Source: an uncultured delta proteobacterium
GTDB lineage: Bacteria > Desulfobacterota > Desulfobacteria > Desulfobacterales > JAHEIW01
Reading direction: 5' to 3'
Assembly (NCBI GenBank): GCA_963706575.1
Contig: CAVPNL010000009.1
Location: forward strand, 192,001 to 256,000
DNA: 64,000 nt
The position numbers and the translations under genes are program-made. Shown in pieces: positions 1-9,946 of this stretch. A model generated the notes under the pieces. That model worked only from the letters and a program-made list of their open reading frames with translations, had not been told where the DNA came from and did no database searches. Positions within the stretch are counted from its first letter, which is position 1, and each line of letters begins with the position of its first letter.

Positions 1-96
1 AATAAAGCAATTTGATACGCGAGCAAAATTTGCTATTTGTGAACTTCGTGGTAAAAATTTATATGTGCTTTAAAATCTCAGTGGTTTTTATTAAAT

Positions 97-178
97 CACC
101 ACGAAGCAAACGAAGAGGCACGAAGATTAAAGAAATCTTTTGGTTTCTATCTCTGTGTTCTTCGTGAACTTCGTGGTG
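97..178. repeat. Tandem-repeat palindrome, CACGAAG family
   Basis: caccacgaag..cgaag..cacgaag / cttcgtg..cttcgtggtg; another right arm at ~38-53. Confidence 0.75.
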
Positions 179-241
179 GAATTTAAGTGATCGTTAATAA
201 AAGAAATCATATACCGGTAAAATCGAACATGGAGGCTGAGC

Positions 242-937
242 GTGACGGAACAAGCGGACATACTTGTGGTAACTCCCCATCCGGATGATGCTGAATTCGG
301 AGTTGCCGGGACGGTAGCGCGATGGACAAGCAAAGGAAAACAGGTTGTTTATGTGGTTTGTACCAACGGAAACAAGGGGACCAGTGACCCGGATGTAAAG
401 CCTGATGAGCTGGCCGAAACCCGGCAGAAAGAGCAGCGGGCTGCTGCTGAAGTTCTGGGAGTGCGCGAGGTGGTATTTCTGGAGAATCCGGATCAGGGGC
501 TTGAAGATACACCGGAATTTAGAAAACAGATTGTGCGGATGATTCGGCGCTACCGACCGCAAACGGTCGTCACCGCTGATCCCTACCGTCGCTATATCTG
601 GCACCGGGATCATCGCATTGCAGGGCAGGTCACCATAGACGCGGTTTTTCCCTATGCCAGGGACCATCTGGCTTACCCGGATTTGCTCGAAGAGGATTTA
701 CAGCCTCACAAAGTCAGGGAAATGCTTTTCTGGGCATCGGAAGATATCAACTATCTTTCCGATATTACCGCTACATTCGACCTTAAGCTGGCAGCGCTGC
801 GCTGTCATGAAAGCCAGGTAAAATCAATGAAGGTTTCGGATCTGGAAAACTGGTTAAGGCAACGCTGCAGCGATTTAGCCGAAGGCGAAGATTTTGATCT
901 GGCCGAAGCCTTCCACCGCGAAGAAATCGTCTGGTAG
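242..937 (+). CDS. PIG-L/LmbE family N-acetylglucosaminyl deacetylase (MshB/BshB-like)
   Basis: PHPDDAE and HRDH motifs; C-terminal HESQ and AEAF; GGAGG RBS before GTG. Confidence 0.9.
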   Translation: MTEQADILVVTPHPDDAEFGVAGTVARWTSKGKQVVYVVCTNGNKGTSDPDVKPDELAETRQKEQRAAAEVLGVREVVFLENPDQGLEDTPEFRKQIVRMIRRYRPQTVVTADPYRRYIWHRDHRIAGQVTIDAVFPYARDHLAYPDLLEEDLQPHKVREMLFWASEDINYLSDITATFDLKLAALRCHESQVKSMKVSDLENWLRQRCSDLAEGEDFDLAEAFHREEIVW

Positions 938-1007
938 GTAGTAATTAGCTACAGCTCTCAACAAGGCCAAAGGTTTCAAGTGTCAGTTCGCCGGGAAACG
1001 TTATATC

Positions 1008-1099
1008 TGTTTCATTGGTTTGATTGGTTTAATTCGTTCAATTGGTTTGGTTTGAGACAACCAATCCAACCAATGAAACAAATAAAACTAATCTAACAA
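1008..1099. repeat. Tandem-repeat palindrome, ATTGGTT/AACCAAT family
   Basis: 9-bp period; same family as 26891-26994. Confidence 0.75.
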
Positions 1100-1111
1100 G
1101 TTCTTGTCCCT

Positions 1112-1753
1112 CTAAGAACTTGACCATAGTACATCTCCGCAGAGACTCGGGTCATGCGGTCGGGCGGAAAATGCCTCAAATGCCTGCTTTTCCTTCCCCA
1201 ACACGGTGTCATTGCCGTGCCCTGCAAACACCTGTGTAGCATCGGGTAGGACAAAAATCTTATTCTTCAAAGATTCGACAATTTGCCTGAAATCGGCCGG
1301 TGATCCGGTTTTACCGGGCCCGTCCGGAAACAACGTATCACCGGATATCAGATATCCCTCTGTGTAGAAACAAAGGCTGCCCGGGGTGTGCCCCGGGGTG
1401 TGCATGACCTCAAGGCGGATATCTCCGAACGTGATTGCTTCACCATCAGCCAGCAGCTTATCTGCTGGAATCGGCAGCCTGTCGGCATCTGCGGCATGGG
1501 CTGCCAGCGGGACATTCAGCGCTGATTTTAATTCCGCCAGGGCACCGGTATGATCCATGTGATTATGGGTCATGAGAATATATTTTGGATTGGTTTGCTG
1601 TAATTGTCCCAGGATTTTGGGCGCATCGCCGGGTGCATCGAAGACAACGCTGTCGCCTGTTTTTATACAGGTCATGATATATGAATTGGTTCCAAAGGGA
1701 CCCAATTCGTAACGTTCGATTTGGATGGTTTCATCTTTCACCACAACTGCCAT
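1112..1753 (-). CDS. MBL-fold metallo-hydrolase (glyoxalase II-like)
   Basis: THNHMDH, HTPGHTPG, SGDTLF and GHG motifs; start chosen after GAGGAGG RBS. Confidence 0.9.
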   Translation of the reverse strand: MAVVVKDETIQIERYELGPFGTNSYIMTCIKTGDSVVFDAPGDAPKILGQLQQTNPKYILMTHNHMDHTGALAELKSALNVPLAAHAADADRLPIPADKLLADGEAITFGDIRLEVMHTPGHTPGSLCFYTEGYLISGDTLFPDGPGKTGSPADFRQIVESLKNKIFVLPDATQVFAGHGNDTVLGKEKQAFEAFSARPHDPSLCGDVLWSSS

Positions 1754-1976
1754 GATTGGCCTCCTCAAAGTGATTATTTGTTTCTGACTATCACTGTTTT
1801 TTCCATCGCTGTCAATTCCTGTTTTGCCCGGGAAATGATAATCAGGATTTGAACTTTGCGGTATTGATAAATTATTTAAATCCGACTATTAAGGAAAATA
1901 AGCCGCTTGTAAAGATATCGTAAATTACCTGCGGTTTTTATCTATTTTAAAATGCCTTGAATCGGGGACAGAGCCG

Positions 1977-2687
1977 ATGAATCGACTTCTTTTTTTGGAC
2001 AATTCACTTCCGGATGACTCTTACCATCCCTTAATATATTGGGAGCCTTTATTATTATTCCCCTACGACGCATTTCGCGTATCCGTTGGGGAATTGCCGC
2101 ATGAATTGGATTCCTATTCGCATATTCTGATTTCAGGGTCTGCTGCAAGTGTTCTGGATGATACCGATTGGATGCAGGCTGAAGTAGCGCTAATTCAGAA
2201 CGCTGTGAATAAAGGCAAAGTGATATTGGGGAGTTGTTTCGGACACCAGATCATTGCTCGAGCGCTGTTCGGTATGGATGCTGTCAGGAAAAGGGAAAAA
2301 CCGGAAATCGGATGGCCGGATATTCAAATCGTTTCCAATGATTCATTATTTGGTGAATCCGGCCGCACGATCCATACATTTGTTTTTCATTATGATGAAG
2401 TGTGCACGGTGCCGGAAGAAAAGGCCACCATTATCGCACGATCAAAGGAATGCGACATTCTCGTATTTAAGATAAAGGATAGACCGGTGTGGGGCGTTCA
2501 ACCCCACTTTGAAATGGGGATTGTACAGAGCCTAAGATATATCGACAAGGTTAAAGGCAACCAGGTTCCCGACAAGCAAATCTTCTTCAGTGATGATCAA
2601 TATATGCCGAAAGACTCGGGCTGGGTCATTCCGTTGATGAAACGTTTTCATGAAACCCAACCGGTTGACAGCACAAATTGCTGTTGA
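1977..2687 (+). CDS. Type 1 glutamine amidotransferase
   Basis: GSCFGHQ nucleophile elbow, FHYDEV, GVQPHFE catalytic His/Glu. Confidence 0.88.
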   Translation: MNRLLFLDNSLPDDSYHPLIYWEPLLLFPYDAFRVSVGELPHELDSYSHILISGSAASVLDDTDWMQAEVALIQNAVNKGKVILGSCFGHQIIARALFGMDAVRKREKPEIGWPDIQIVSNDSLFGESGRTIHTFVFHYDEVCTVPEEKATIIARSKECDILVFKIKDRPVWGVQPHFEMGIVQSLRYIDKVKGNQVPDKQIFFSDDQYMPKDSGWVIPLMKRFHETQPVDSTNCC

Positions 2688-2819
2688 ACAATTGAAAAGG
2701 GAGGCGGCCAATGAATTTGTTTCTGACCCGTCTCCCTTATTTTTCAACTATTTGCTTTAGTCTCTATTAAATTTCCATATTCGAATCTGATCCAATACCG
2801 AATACCCAACATCCAATCC

Positions 2820-3155
2820 TTACCGAACCAACCGCTTTACATTGGGGACCTCCAGATTCGATGCGTCAATCTGCCAATCCCCCTTGGCATCCTGCTGACC
2901 TTTCAGCAACCCCTGTTGTAACCATTGCTTGACACCATTTTCGGTTAGATAGGTCAAGTCAGCAAATGCAGCAACCGAGAAAGTTTTTGCTGCTTTTGCT
3001 GCCTTCGGCGCAGCCTTTTTCTTCGGTGCAGCTTTTTTCTTCGGCGCCGCTGTTTTTTTAGCTGAAGCCTTAGCTTTGGCAGTCACTTTTTTAGCTTTAA
3101 CAGTGCCTTTTTTCTGGTTTTTTTTTGCAGGTTTTTTTTGTTCTTTTTTTGCCAT
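2820..3155 (-). CDS. Lys/Ala-rich histone-like protein with C-terminal HTH-like domain
   Basis: APKKKA repeats followed by FSVAAFADLTYLTENGVKQWLQQG; GGAGGAGG RBS. Confidence 0.7.
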   Translation of the reverse strand: MAKKEQKKPAKKNQKKGTVKAKKVTAKAKASAKKTAAPKKKAAPKKKAAPKAAKAAKTFSVAAFADLTYLTENGVKQWLQQGLLKGQQDAKGDWQIDASNLEVPNVKRLVR

Positions 3156-3419
3156 CGTTGATTGATCCTCCTCCGTTTCAAGTTAGGTTGCTAAATACCA
3201 AAAACCGATCCCAAACCGCAATTAATATTAGACGCACAACTGAGATATGGTCACATTCTATTTTTTTGATGTCAAGGGGAAAAAATATGTTAATTATTCT
3301 TTGTTATTTTAATTAATTATATAAAAAGAGGATTGCAGCGCATCGATTTTAGAAGATTAATATGGGGAAAATTTAGCGGCTTGGTTCAATAAAAATTATT
3401 TGTAACCGCCAGACCTTGC

Positions 3420-3737
3420 TCAATACATGATACTCTCTTTCATTTCGTAGTGTTGTGATTTATCATCATGTCTTGAAAGCACCTGCCTTGCTTTATCTGG
3501 TACATACGATTTTTCGTAATCCTCACCAGCGAATTGCTTTACTGACTCCAAAGAATCAAACTGCATAATGGTAATAAATTCTGCCTCGTTGCTTAATTGG
3601 CGTCTTAAAAGCTGAATTCCACGATAGCCGGATACAATTTTAGCTGCAATTGCAGGAAAAATCTCCTCCTTCAGGAGATTTTCATAAATGTCCGCATTTT
3701 CTGGAGTCGTCCAGCCGTGCCAGATTCTAAATATCAT
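3420..3737 (-). CDS. Antibiotic biosynthesis monooxygenase-like (dimeric alpha/beta barrel) protein
   Basis: MIFRIWHGWT start and FDSLESVKQFAGEDYE motif; the longer start in the ORF track runs into a MITE. Confidence 0.8.
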   Translation of the reverse strand: MIFRIWHGWTTPENADIYENLLKEEIFPAIAAKIVSGYRGIQLLRRQLSNEAEFITIMQFDSLESVKQFAGEDYEKSYVPDKARQVLSRHDDKSQHYEMKESIMY

Positions 3738-3757
3738 TTTTTCATTCCTTTCTTTTT

Positions 3758-3951
3758 TAAAACCCATCTCAAAAATAGGATTTTGGTACAAGATTGCGGC
3801 GGGGCCAAGCTTTCCCGCGTTGCGGGATTCCCCGTCTGATCTTATATGCCTTGTGGGTCATAAACCGGAGGCATACTGTTGTATGTTGAGGATTTAAAGC
3901 GAGGCACCAACAAAGATATTGGGCCAAAAGACATATTTGAGATGGGTTCTA
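3758..3951. mobile_element. MITE-like element, TIR family TA(G/A)AACCYATCTCAAAAAT, copy A
   Basis: Ends aaacccatctcaaaaat ... atttgagatgggttcta; interior matches the reverse complement of 63747-63892. Confidence 0.8.
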
Positions 3952-3973
3952 GTTTAATTCTGTTGAACGTATA

Positions 3974-5518
3974 TTAACTGGAATCTTCCTGGTTTTCACA
4001 TAACGCTTTTACCTCTTCTTTTAATACCTTTCCCATCGTATTCCTTGGTAACTCCTTAACAAAGACGATCTCTTTGGGGCATTTCCAGTCGTGTAGATTA
4101 TTTTTACAGTGTGCGCGAATCGTTTCGGGTTTAATATTCGAGTTGGCTTTCGTCACCACAGCGGCAACGACCTTTTCCCCCCAGCGTTCATCCGCAATAC
4201 CGACCACGCTGGATTCAACCACATCCTCAAGCTGGTTGATGACAACTTCGACCTCTTTGGGGGAGATATTTTCTCCCCCGGATATGATGATGTGCTTGAT
4301 GCGGTCGGTCAGATAATAATAGCCGTCTTTATCCATATTTCCCAGATCACCGGTTCTAAACCAGCCCTGTTCGAATGCGCTGGCGGTCTCCTGCGGCTTG
4401 CGCCAATAGCCGGGTGTAACGGCGGGACCCTTTAGCCAGATTTCACCGGTTTGACCGGACGCCACATCCGCGCCGGTGTCCGGATCGACAATTCTGACTT
4501 CAAGATCCGGCAAAGGGTATCCAATGGAACCCGCTTTTCGTTTACCTCTCAGTGGATTTGAAAAATTCATGCCCGTTTCTGTCATGCCTTCGCGTTCAAC
4601 CGGTTGCTTACCGAATGTCTTATAGATGTGTTCAAAATCCTGGGGAAGTAAGGGGGCCGACCCGGAGGTCCATAGGCGCATGTGCTCAAAGTCAAGTTTG
4701 CGATCACCTAAATAACCCATCAACTTGCCGTACATCGAAGGGACCGCCATAAATACCGTACAGGCGTATTCACCCTCTTTTTTCTCGAGGGCATTGATCA
4801 CCCCTTCCGGTGAAAACTGATCCAGCATGATGACATGGGCGCCGGCCAGTAAGGCGGTATGCAAAGCAAAGCACAATCCATGCACATGAAAAAGGGGCAG
4901 GGCATGACAGAGCGCATCTTTTTGACTGATTTCCCAAACATGAATGATGTTTTTGGCATCATGCACCAGATTTTTTTGGGTAAGCATAGCCCCTTTTGGT
5001 TTGCCGGTGGTGCCGGAGGTATAGATAATAAGACCCGGGTCATCCGGTTCAATTTCAACCCGAGTGTATTCTTCAGGGGATGATCGAAAAAAATCAATAT
5101 CCTGATATGGTCTCTGGGTATCAACAATCAAGGTGATTAAGCTGGAATCGATTTCCGTGATGAGTCCCTCTTTGTCAGGTTCTGTCAAAGTTAATTTTGG
5201 GTCGGCATCTTGCAGCAGGTAATCCAATTCCGATTTTTTAAAGCCCGGGTTCAGGGGCACGGCAATGGCGCCGATTTTTTGCAGGGCGAGGTGGGCAATC
5301 ACGAATATCAGGGATTTTTGGATACAGAGGATGACTCTGTCTGTTTTTGCGACGCCCAATTCCTGGAATGTACGGGCCATCCGGTTTGAATCCTGGTTCA
5401 GTTGCAGATTTGAAATTTCAGTCTCAATTTCGCCATTACGCAGGAAGGTGACGGCCTTCCGTTTTTTCTGTTTTAGGAAAGACGCTGTGAGACAGTCCCG
5501 CAGGGATTGACTATCCAT
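3974..5518 (-). CDS. Acyl-CoA synthetase / AMP-binding enzyme (malonyl-CoA synthetase-like)
   Basis: YTSGTTGKPKG P-loop, LPLFHVHGL, GMTET, RTGDLG, NTMGK. Confidence 0.9.
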   Translation of the reverse strand: MDSQSLRDCLTASFLKQKKRKAVTFLRNGEIETEISNLQLNQDSNRMARTFQELGVAKTDRVILCIQKSLIFVIAHLALQKIGAIAVPLNPGFKKSELDYLLQDADPKLTLTEPDKEGLITEIDSSLITLIVDTQRPYQDIDFFRSSPEEYTRVEIEPDDPGLIIYTSGTTGKPKGAMLTQKNLVHDAKNIIHVWEISQKDALCHALPLFHVHGLCFALHTALLAGAHVIMLDQFSPEGVINALEKKEGEYACTVFMAVPSMYGKLMGYLGDRKLDFEHMRLWTSGSAPLLPQDFEHIYKTFGKQPVEREGMTETGMNFSNPLRGKRKAGSIGYPLPDLEVRIVDPDTGADVASGQTGEIWLKGPAVTPGYWRKPQETASAFEQGWFRTGDLGNMDKDGYYYLTDRIKHIIISGGENISPKEVEVVINQLEDVVESSVVGIADERWGEKVVAAVVTKANSNIKPETIRAHCKNNLHDWKCPKEIVFVKELPRNTMGKVLKEEVKALCENQEDSS

Positions 5519-5555
5519 AACTGTTTCCTATGCACCAGAAAAGAAGCTTCCGGGT

Positions 5556-7187
5556 TTAGACCGATGCCCGTTGTACCGCCAGCATGGTGACATCATCGCT
5601 GCGCGGTGCGATATCAATAAAAGCGAACAAGCTGGTTTTGATGCGCTCCAGTGTTTCAGCGGCTGATTTTAATGGCTGGGTCAGCAATGATTGTAAACGG
5701 TCCCGGGTATAAATTTCATCTTCCGGTGAGCGCGCTTCGGTAACACCATCGGTGTAGCCGACCAGCAGATCACCCGGTTCGAGTTGAATCTCCTGGGATT
5801 GGAAGATGATGTCGGGCATTAGGCCGACCGCCGGCCCGGTGGGCTTCAACCGGTCTTTGATGTTGCCGGCGTTTAGGACATAAAGCGGCTCGTGGCCGCC
5901 GTTGACATATGACAGGATGCCGGTTGACGGATTCAATACCCCGAAAAACAAAGTGGCGTACATGCATTCCCGCCCATGCAGATTCGCAATGTAGTTATTG
6001 GTAGAGGCAACCGCCCCCAGGCGAGCCATCTGGTCATCTGCGGATGACGAAATCGTTTCGGTGTTGTCCGGGGACGACGCAATTTGTGTCAGGCCCGGCC
6101 CGGTGCAGTAGATGGCCTGCTCGGCGAAAACCCGGATGAGGCTGCGGAACAGTGCCATATATAATGCCGAGCCGACGCCCTTGTCACACACATCGGCAAT
6201 CACCAGACCCACATTCCCGTCCGGCAACATAAATACATCGTAGAAATCACCGGACACCTGACCGGCCGGATAAAAACAGGTGGCGATTTCCCAGTTGGGC
6301 AGGTCCGGGATATGACTGGGTAAAAACTCGCGTTGAATTTCACGGCCTTTTTCCAGTTCAAACTCGATTTTTTTAACACTTTCCCACTCCCGCAGCCCTT
6401 CGACCATTTTATTGAAGTTCGTCGACAGCTCGCCGATTTCATCTCCGGAAGTGACGGGGGCAAAATGCGTCAAATCCCCTCTGGCAACATCGGCAGAAAT
6501 CTCCGAAAGGTTTTCGATCGGCCGGGCAATCTTGCGGGCAAAGTAATATCCCAGGAAACGGGACAGGACCAGCGTAATGATAAAAATGAGAGCAATCCAC
6601 TTTGCCTCTCTTTTCATCATACCGGCGAAACTTTCACTATCGATACCGATTTTAAGAAAATAGGTATTCAGATCATTTTCTCCGGTGACATTGACAAACA
6701 AAGCATGTTCATCATCCGAGCGCGCCAGCAGACCGGGCTTTACAAAATGCCGCTTGAGATTGCGATCCAGCTTTTCTGAAAAGGAACTTTGCGCCGGATT
6801 AAGGTGCAGCACCTTATTATCGTCAAAAAACATTCGATACCACAATGTGTCGTTTGTCTCCTTCGCGTAAATAGCGATATCGGAAACAGCGTAAAAACTG
6901 GACGAAAGATTGGTCAGTATATCGAACAGTTGGTCCAGTTGCGGGTTGGGTTTGCCGACTCCTTTCCAGAGAAAGTCCGGTATTTGCGACGCGTCCATCA
7001 ACGAGAACTGATGGTTGATCAACTGACTGGTCGAATTGATGAAATGTTTGCGGGTGCCTCCCATGTAAAGCATGGAGGTGATAAAGAAAACGACCAGGCC
7101 GAACACCAGGAAATAAATAGTAATCCTTCTGGCAACCGATGGCTTCCAGAAACGACAGTACGATTTAACATGCTCTACAGGTTTCAT
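5556..7187 (-). CDS. Membrane HAMP + SpoIIE/PP2C Ser phosphatase (RsbU-like)
   Basis: Two TM segments, HAMP (DEIGELSTNFNKM), GDFYD, IADVCDKG, YTDGVTEA, DDVT. Confidence 0.9.
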   Translation of the reverse strand: MKPVEHVKSYCRFWKPSVARRITIYFLVFGLVVFFITSMLYMGGTRKHFINSTSQLINHQFSLMDASQIPDFLWKGVGKPNPQLDQLFDILTNLSSSFYAVSDIAIYAKETNDTLWYRMFFDDNKVLHLNPAQSSFSEKLDRNLKRHFVKPGLLARSDDEHALFVNVTGENDLNTYFLKIGIDSESFAGMMKREAKWIALIFIITLVLSRFLGYYFARKIARPIENLSEISADVARGDLTHFAPVTSGDEIGELSTNFNKMVEGLREWESVKKIEFELEKGREIQREFLPSHIPDLPNWEIATCFYPAGQVSGDFYDVFMLPDGNVGLVIADVCDKGVGSALYMALFRSLIRVFAEQAIYCTGPGLTQIASSPDNTETISSSADDQMARLGAVASTNNYIANLHGRECMYATLFFGVLNPSTGILSYVNGGHEPLYVLNAGNIKDRLKPTGPAVGLMPDIIFQSQEIQLEPGDLLVGYTDGVTEARSPEDEIYTRDRLQSLLTQPLKSAAETLERIKTSLFAFIDIAPRSDDVTMLAVQRASV

Positions 7188-7363
7188 TTGGGTTGTCCTT
7201 AAAACAGCACCCGGCAATAATTGATGGGTGACAAATTTATGGTTGCTTGAAATTTATTATTCGGTAATGAAGGATATAGCACACCCGACGTTTTAAGGTA
7301 AATGTCTTTACTTAAAAATGCTATGAATATATTGTAAAAAATTGTATCCGTATTTAACTTGAT

Positions 7364-7484
7364 AATTCCCCGCAGCTCGCTACAGGGTGATCCACGAATT
7401 CCCTCTCCTTGGGGAGAGGGTTAGGGTGAGGGGAAAAGATTTAATCAATTTTGATACCTTGCAGCCTGCTGCAGGGAGGTTCAT
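7364..7484. repeat. Double-hairpin element (IS200/IS605-end-like) with a nested CCCTCTCC-TTGG-GGAGAGGG palindrome
   Basis: Two related imperfect hairpins ccccgcagctcgctacaggg and ccttgcagcctgctgcaggg flank ccctctccttggggagagggttagggtgagggg. Confidence 0.55.
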
Positions 7485-7515
7485 TCGAATATGGCACAGG
7501 AGGCAGGATTTAAAA

Positions 7516-8502
7516 GTGAAGAAGGCAAATATTGTTGTAACCGATGGATACACACTAAATCCGGGAGACAACCCCTGGGATGCGATGGCAAAACTGGGAA
7601 ATCTTACCGTTTATGAGCGGTTGACGGTTGCTGAAGTGGTGGAGCGCTGCCGGGAGGCGGAAATTTTGGTTGTCAATAAAACCCGGATTCGCGAATCGGC
7701 GCTGGCTGAAATGTCCGGGCTCAGGTTTATCGCTGTTTCGGCCACCGGTTTTGATTGTGTGGATATTGAAGCTGCCGGCAAGCGCGGGATTGCGGTATCC
7801 AATGTGCCGGTTTACGGCACCGATTCGGTGGCCCAGTATGTTTTTTCGGCCATTTTGCACCTCTGGCACAACATTGGCGTTCACGATGCGGCTGTAAAAG
7901 CCGGGGATTGGGCCCGGCAGCCGGATTGGTCTTTCTGGCAAACCCCGCTGGTGGAGCTGCGCGACAAAACCATCGGCATCATCGGGTTCGGCCGGATCGG
8001 ACGCCGGGTCGGTCAGCTGGCCGATGCGTTCGGCATGCGCGTGCTGGCCAATGATCCCTATCATGGCGACCCGCCGAATTATCGGGCCTTTGCCTGGAGT
8101 TCCCTGGAAGACCTGTTCGCTCAATCTGATGTGGTCACCCTGCACGCCCCCTTGACAGACGATAATCATCGGTTTGTCAACCGCATTTTGCTGGAGCGAA
8201 TAAAAAAAAGCGCGATTCTCATCAACGCTTCCCGGGGGGGATTGATCGAAGAAAACGACCTTGCTGAAGCGTTGAACAGCGGTCGGCTGGCCGGGGCAGT
8301 TGTCGATGTGGTGTCGACCGAACCCATCGCCGCGGACAATCCGCTTTTAAGCGCCAGAAACATTGCCATTACACCCCATCTGGCCTGGGCCACCCGGGAT
8401 GCTCGCAGACGTTTGATGGCATCCACCGCTGAAAACATCAGGGCTTTTCTTGACGGCGCGCCCCAAAATCTGGTCAACGCAATGCATTTAGCGCCCGGAT
8501 AA
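7516..8502 (+). CDS. D-2-hydroxyacid dehydrogenase (glycerate dehydrogenase-like)
   Basis: GIIGFGRIG, LHAPLT, INASRG, DVVSTEP, TPHLAW; GTG start after purine-rich RBS. Confidence 0.9.
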   Translation: MKKANIVVTDGYTLNPGDNPWDAMAKLGNLTVYERLTVAEVVERCREAEILVVNKTRIRESALAEMSGLRFIAVSATGFDCVDIEAAGKRGIAVSNVPVYGTDSVAQYVFSAILHLWHNIGVHDAAVKAGDWARQPDWSFWQTPLVELRDKTIGIIGFGRIGRRVGQLADAFGMRVLANDPYHGDPPNYRAFAWSSLEDLFAQSDVVTLHAPLTDDNHRFVNRILLERIKKSAILINASRGGLIEENDLAEALNSGRLAGAVVDVVSTEPIAADNPLLSARNIAITPHLAWATRDARRRLMASTAENIRAFLDGAPQNLVNAMHLAPG

Positions 8503-8528
8503 GCGGGATGGTATTCGATCAATGGTCA

Positions 8529-9113
8529 TTATCTTCTGCGACCCAACAAGCCGCCCAACAAGCCGCCTAAAAGACCGCCGCCCGTTCTGGAACGCCCGCT
8601 TGATCCCTGTAGAAACATCTCGGCCACATCATCCAGGATACTACCATCACCATCGCGATCCAGAATTGAGGCGATACCCGTCGAGCCGGCGCCTCCCTGG
8701 TCACGCTTTTGGGTTAAAAATCCCAAAATGATGGGCGCCAGCATGGGGATGATCTTCGCGGCCGTACTACCAGACAGATTGAATTGTTCTGATAGCATAT
8801 TGGTGGCCTGCACGCCTGAGTCGCCCAGTAAACCGCCCAGCCGCGGATCGGCTTGTTGATCCTGCACCTGGGCAGAAAAAAAATCGCCAATGTTGTCCAG
8901 CACATTTGCGCTGCCATATTTGTTTAAAATATGATCGACGCGCTCTTCCCCGCCATAGTTGTCCTTCTGGCGTTTTAAGCCGCCCAGAATCATGGGTGCT
9001 ATCTGCGGCAGCATCTGTTGAACCGCATTTTCCTCAATACCCAGATTTGCCGAAAGCTGACTGGACACTTCCGGACCCAGGGATGACATAAATTCTTCCA
9101 TTATACTGGCCAT
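8529..9113 (-). CDS. DUF937 domain protein
   Basis: MLAPIILGFL and LDRDGDGSILDD, Gly-rich C-terminus. Confidence 0.8.
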   Translation of the reverse strand: MASIMEEFMSSLGPEVSSQLSANLGIEENAVQQMLPQIAPMILGGLKRQKDNYGGEERVDHILNKYGSANVLDNIGDFFSAQVQDQQADPRLGGLLGDSGVQATNMLSEQFNLSGSTAAKIIPMLAPIILGFLTQKRDQGGAGSTGIASILDRDGDGSILDDVAEMFLQGSSGRSRTGGGLLGGLLGGLLGRRR

Positions 9114-9281
9114 TTTACGTTTTCCTTTCTAAATAATGGGTTGGGGAGATGTAAATTTGGCAATTCACATCCCCCTGAACCCATTCATACAAAAAACTGT
9201 TTTGTGCTAAATATGGAAATAGGCAGTCGGTGGGGGTTAGGACGACCACCGAATCCTATCGTGTGAATCAGGAATCTGCGA

Positions 9282-9716
9282 TCAGCTGATTTTTGGAATT
9301 CTCACAGTTTGACCCGGGTAAATCAAATCCGCATCTTTGATAACCTCACGATTTGCTTCGAAAATCACCGGATATTTCATGGCATCGCCGTAATATCGCT
9401 TGGCGATTTTCGAAAGGCTGTCTCCCTTTTGGATGACATAAAATTCGGTTTCCTCCTCGGCCGGCGGGGCTGTAAAGTTTTCATCGTTTACCTTTTCAAC
9501 ACCTTTAACATTGCCGGCAAGCAGAACCGCCTTTTCGCGGGTCGCACAGGAATCACAACTCCCTGCCAAAGTGACCGTGTCGTCAGCGAAGCCTACGTTA
9601 AGGTCTTTAATCCGGTTTCCAAACTCTTTCGTCAGCATTTCCTGGACCTCTTCAGCTTCGTCGCCCCCTTTAAAAAGATCCATACCGATATTTTTAATAA
9701 AAGAAAACAATCCCAT
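9282..9716 (-). CDS. lysM: BON-LysM protein (Kbp/YgaU-like)
   Basis: MGLFSFIK start, BON (EKAVLLAGNVKGV), LysM (GDSLSKIAKRYYG...IYPGQ). Confidence 0.9.
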   Translation of the reverse strand: MGLFSFIKNIGMDLFKGGDEAEEVQEMLTKEFGNRIKDLNVGFADDTVTLAGSCDSCATREKAVLLAGNVKGVEKVNDENFTAPPAEEETEFYVIQKGDSLSKIAKRYYGDAMKYPVIFEANREVIKDADLIYPGQTVRIPKIS

Positions 9717-9946
9717 CGTTTACCTCCTTTCACATTAGTATTTATGGTCCTGGCTTTTTTAAGCAGGACCCATTAAAGATCGAATTTCTTTTCATTGATT
9801 ATAAGACCGAATAAAAGATTTTCAAACTGATTGATTACAAATAGGTTGACGGCACCCTATTTAATGCATACAAAAAAATCACCGAACGAAACGTATCGAT
9901 ACCATTCAACAGCAGTAAACGCCTTGCCTGTAATCAGGAGAATGAC

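Noticed and set aside
2685..2750. Selenocysteine readthrough at other TGA stops (GATase ...NCC-TGA, dapL, DUF3754)
   Set aside because: The domains are already complete at the stop and I saw no SECIS-like hairpin or conserved continuation.
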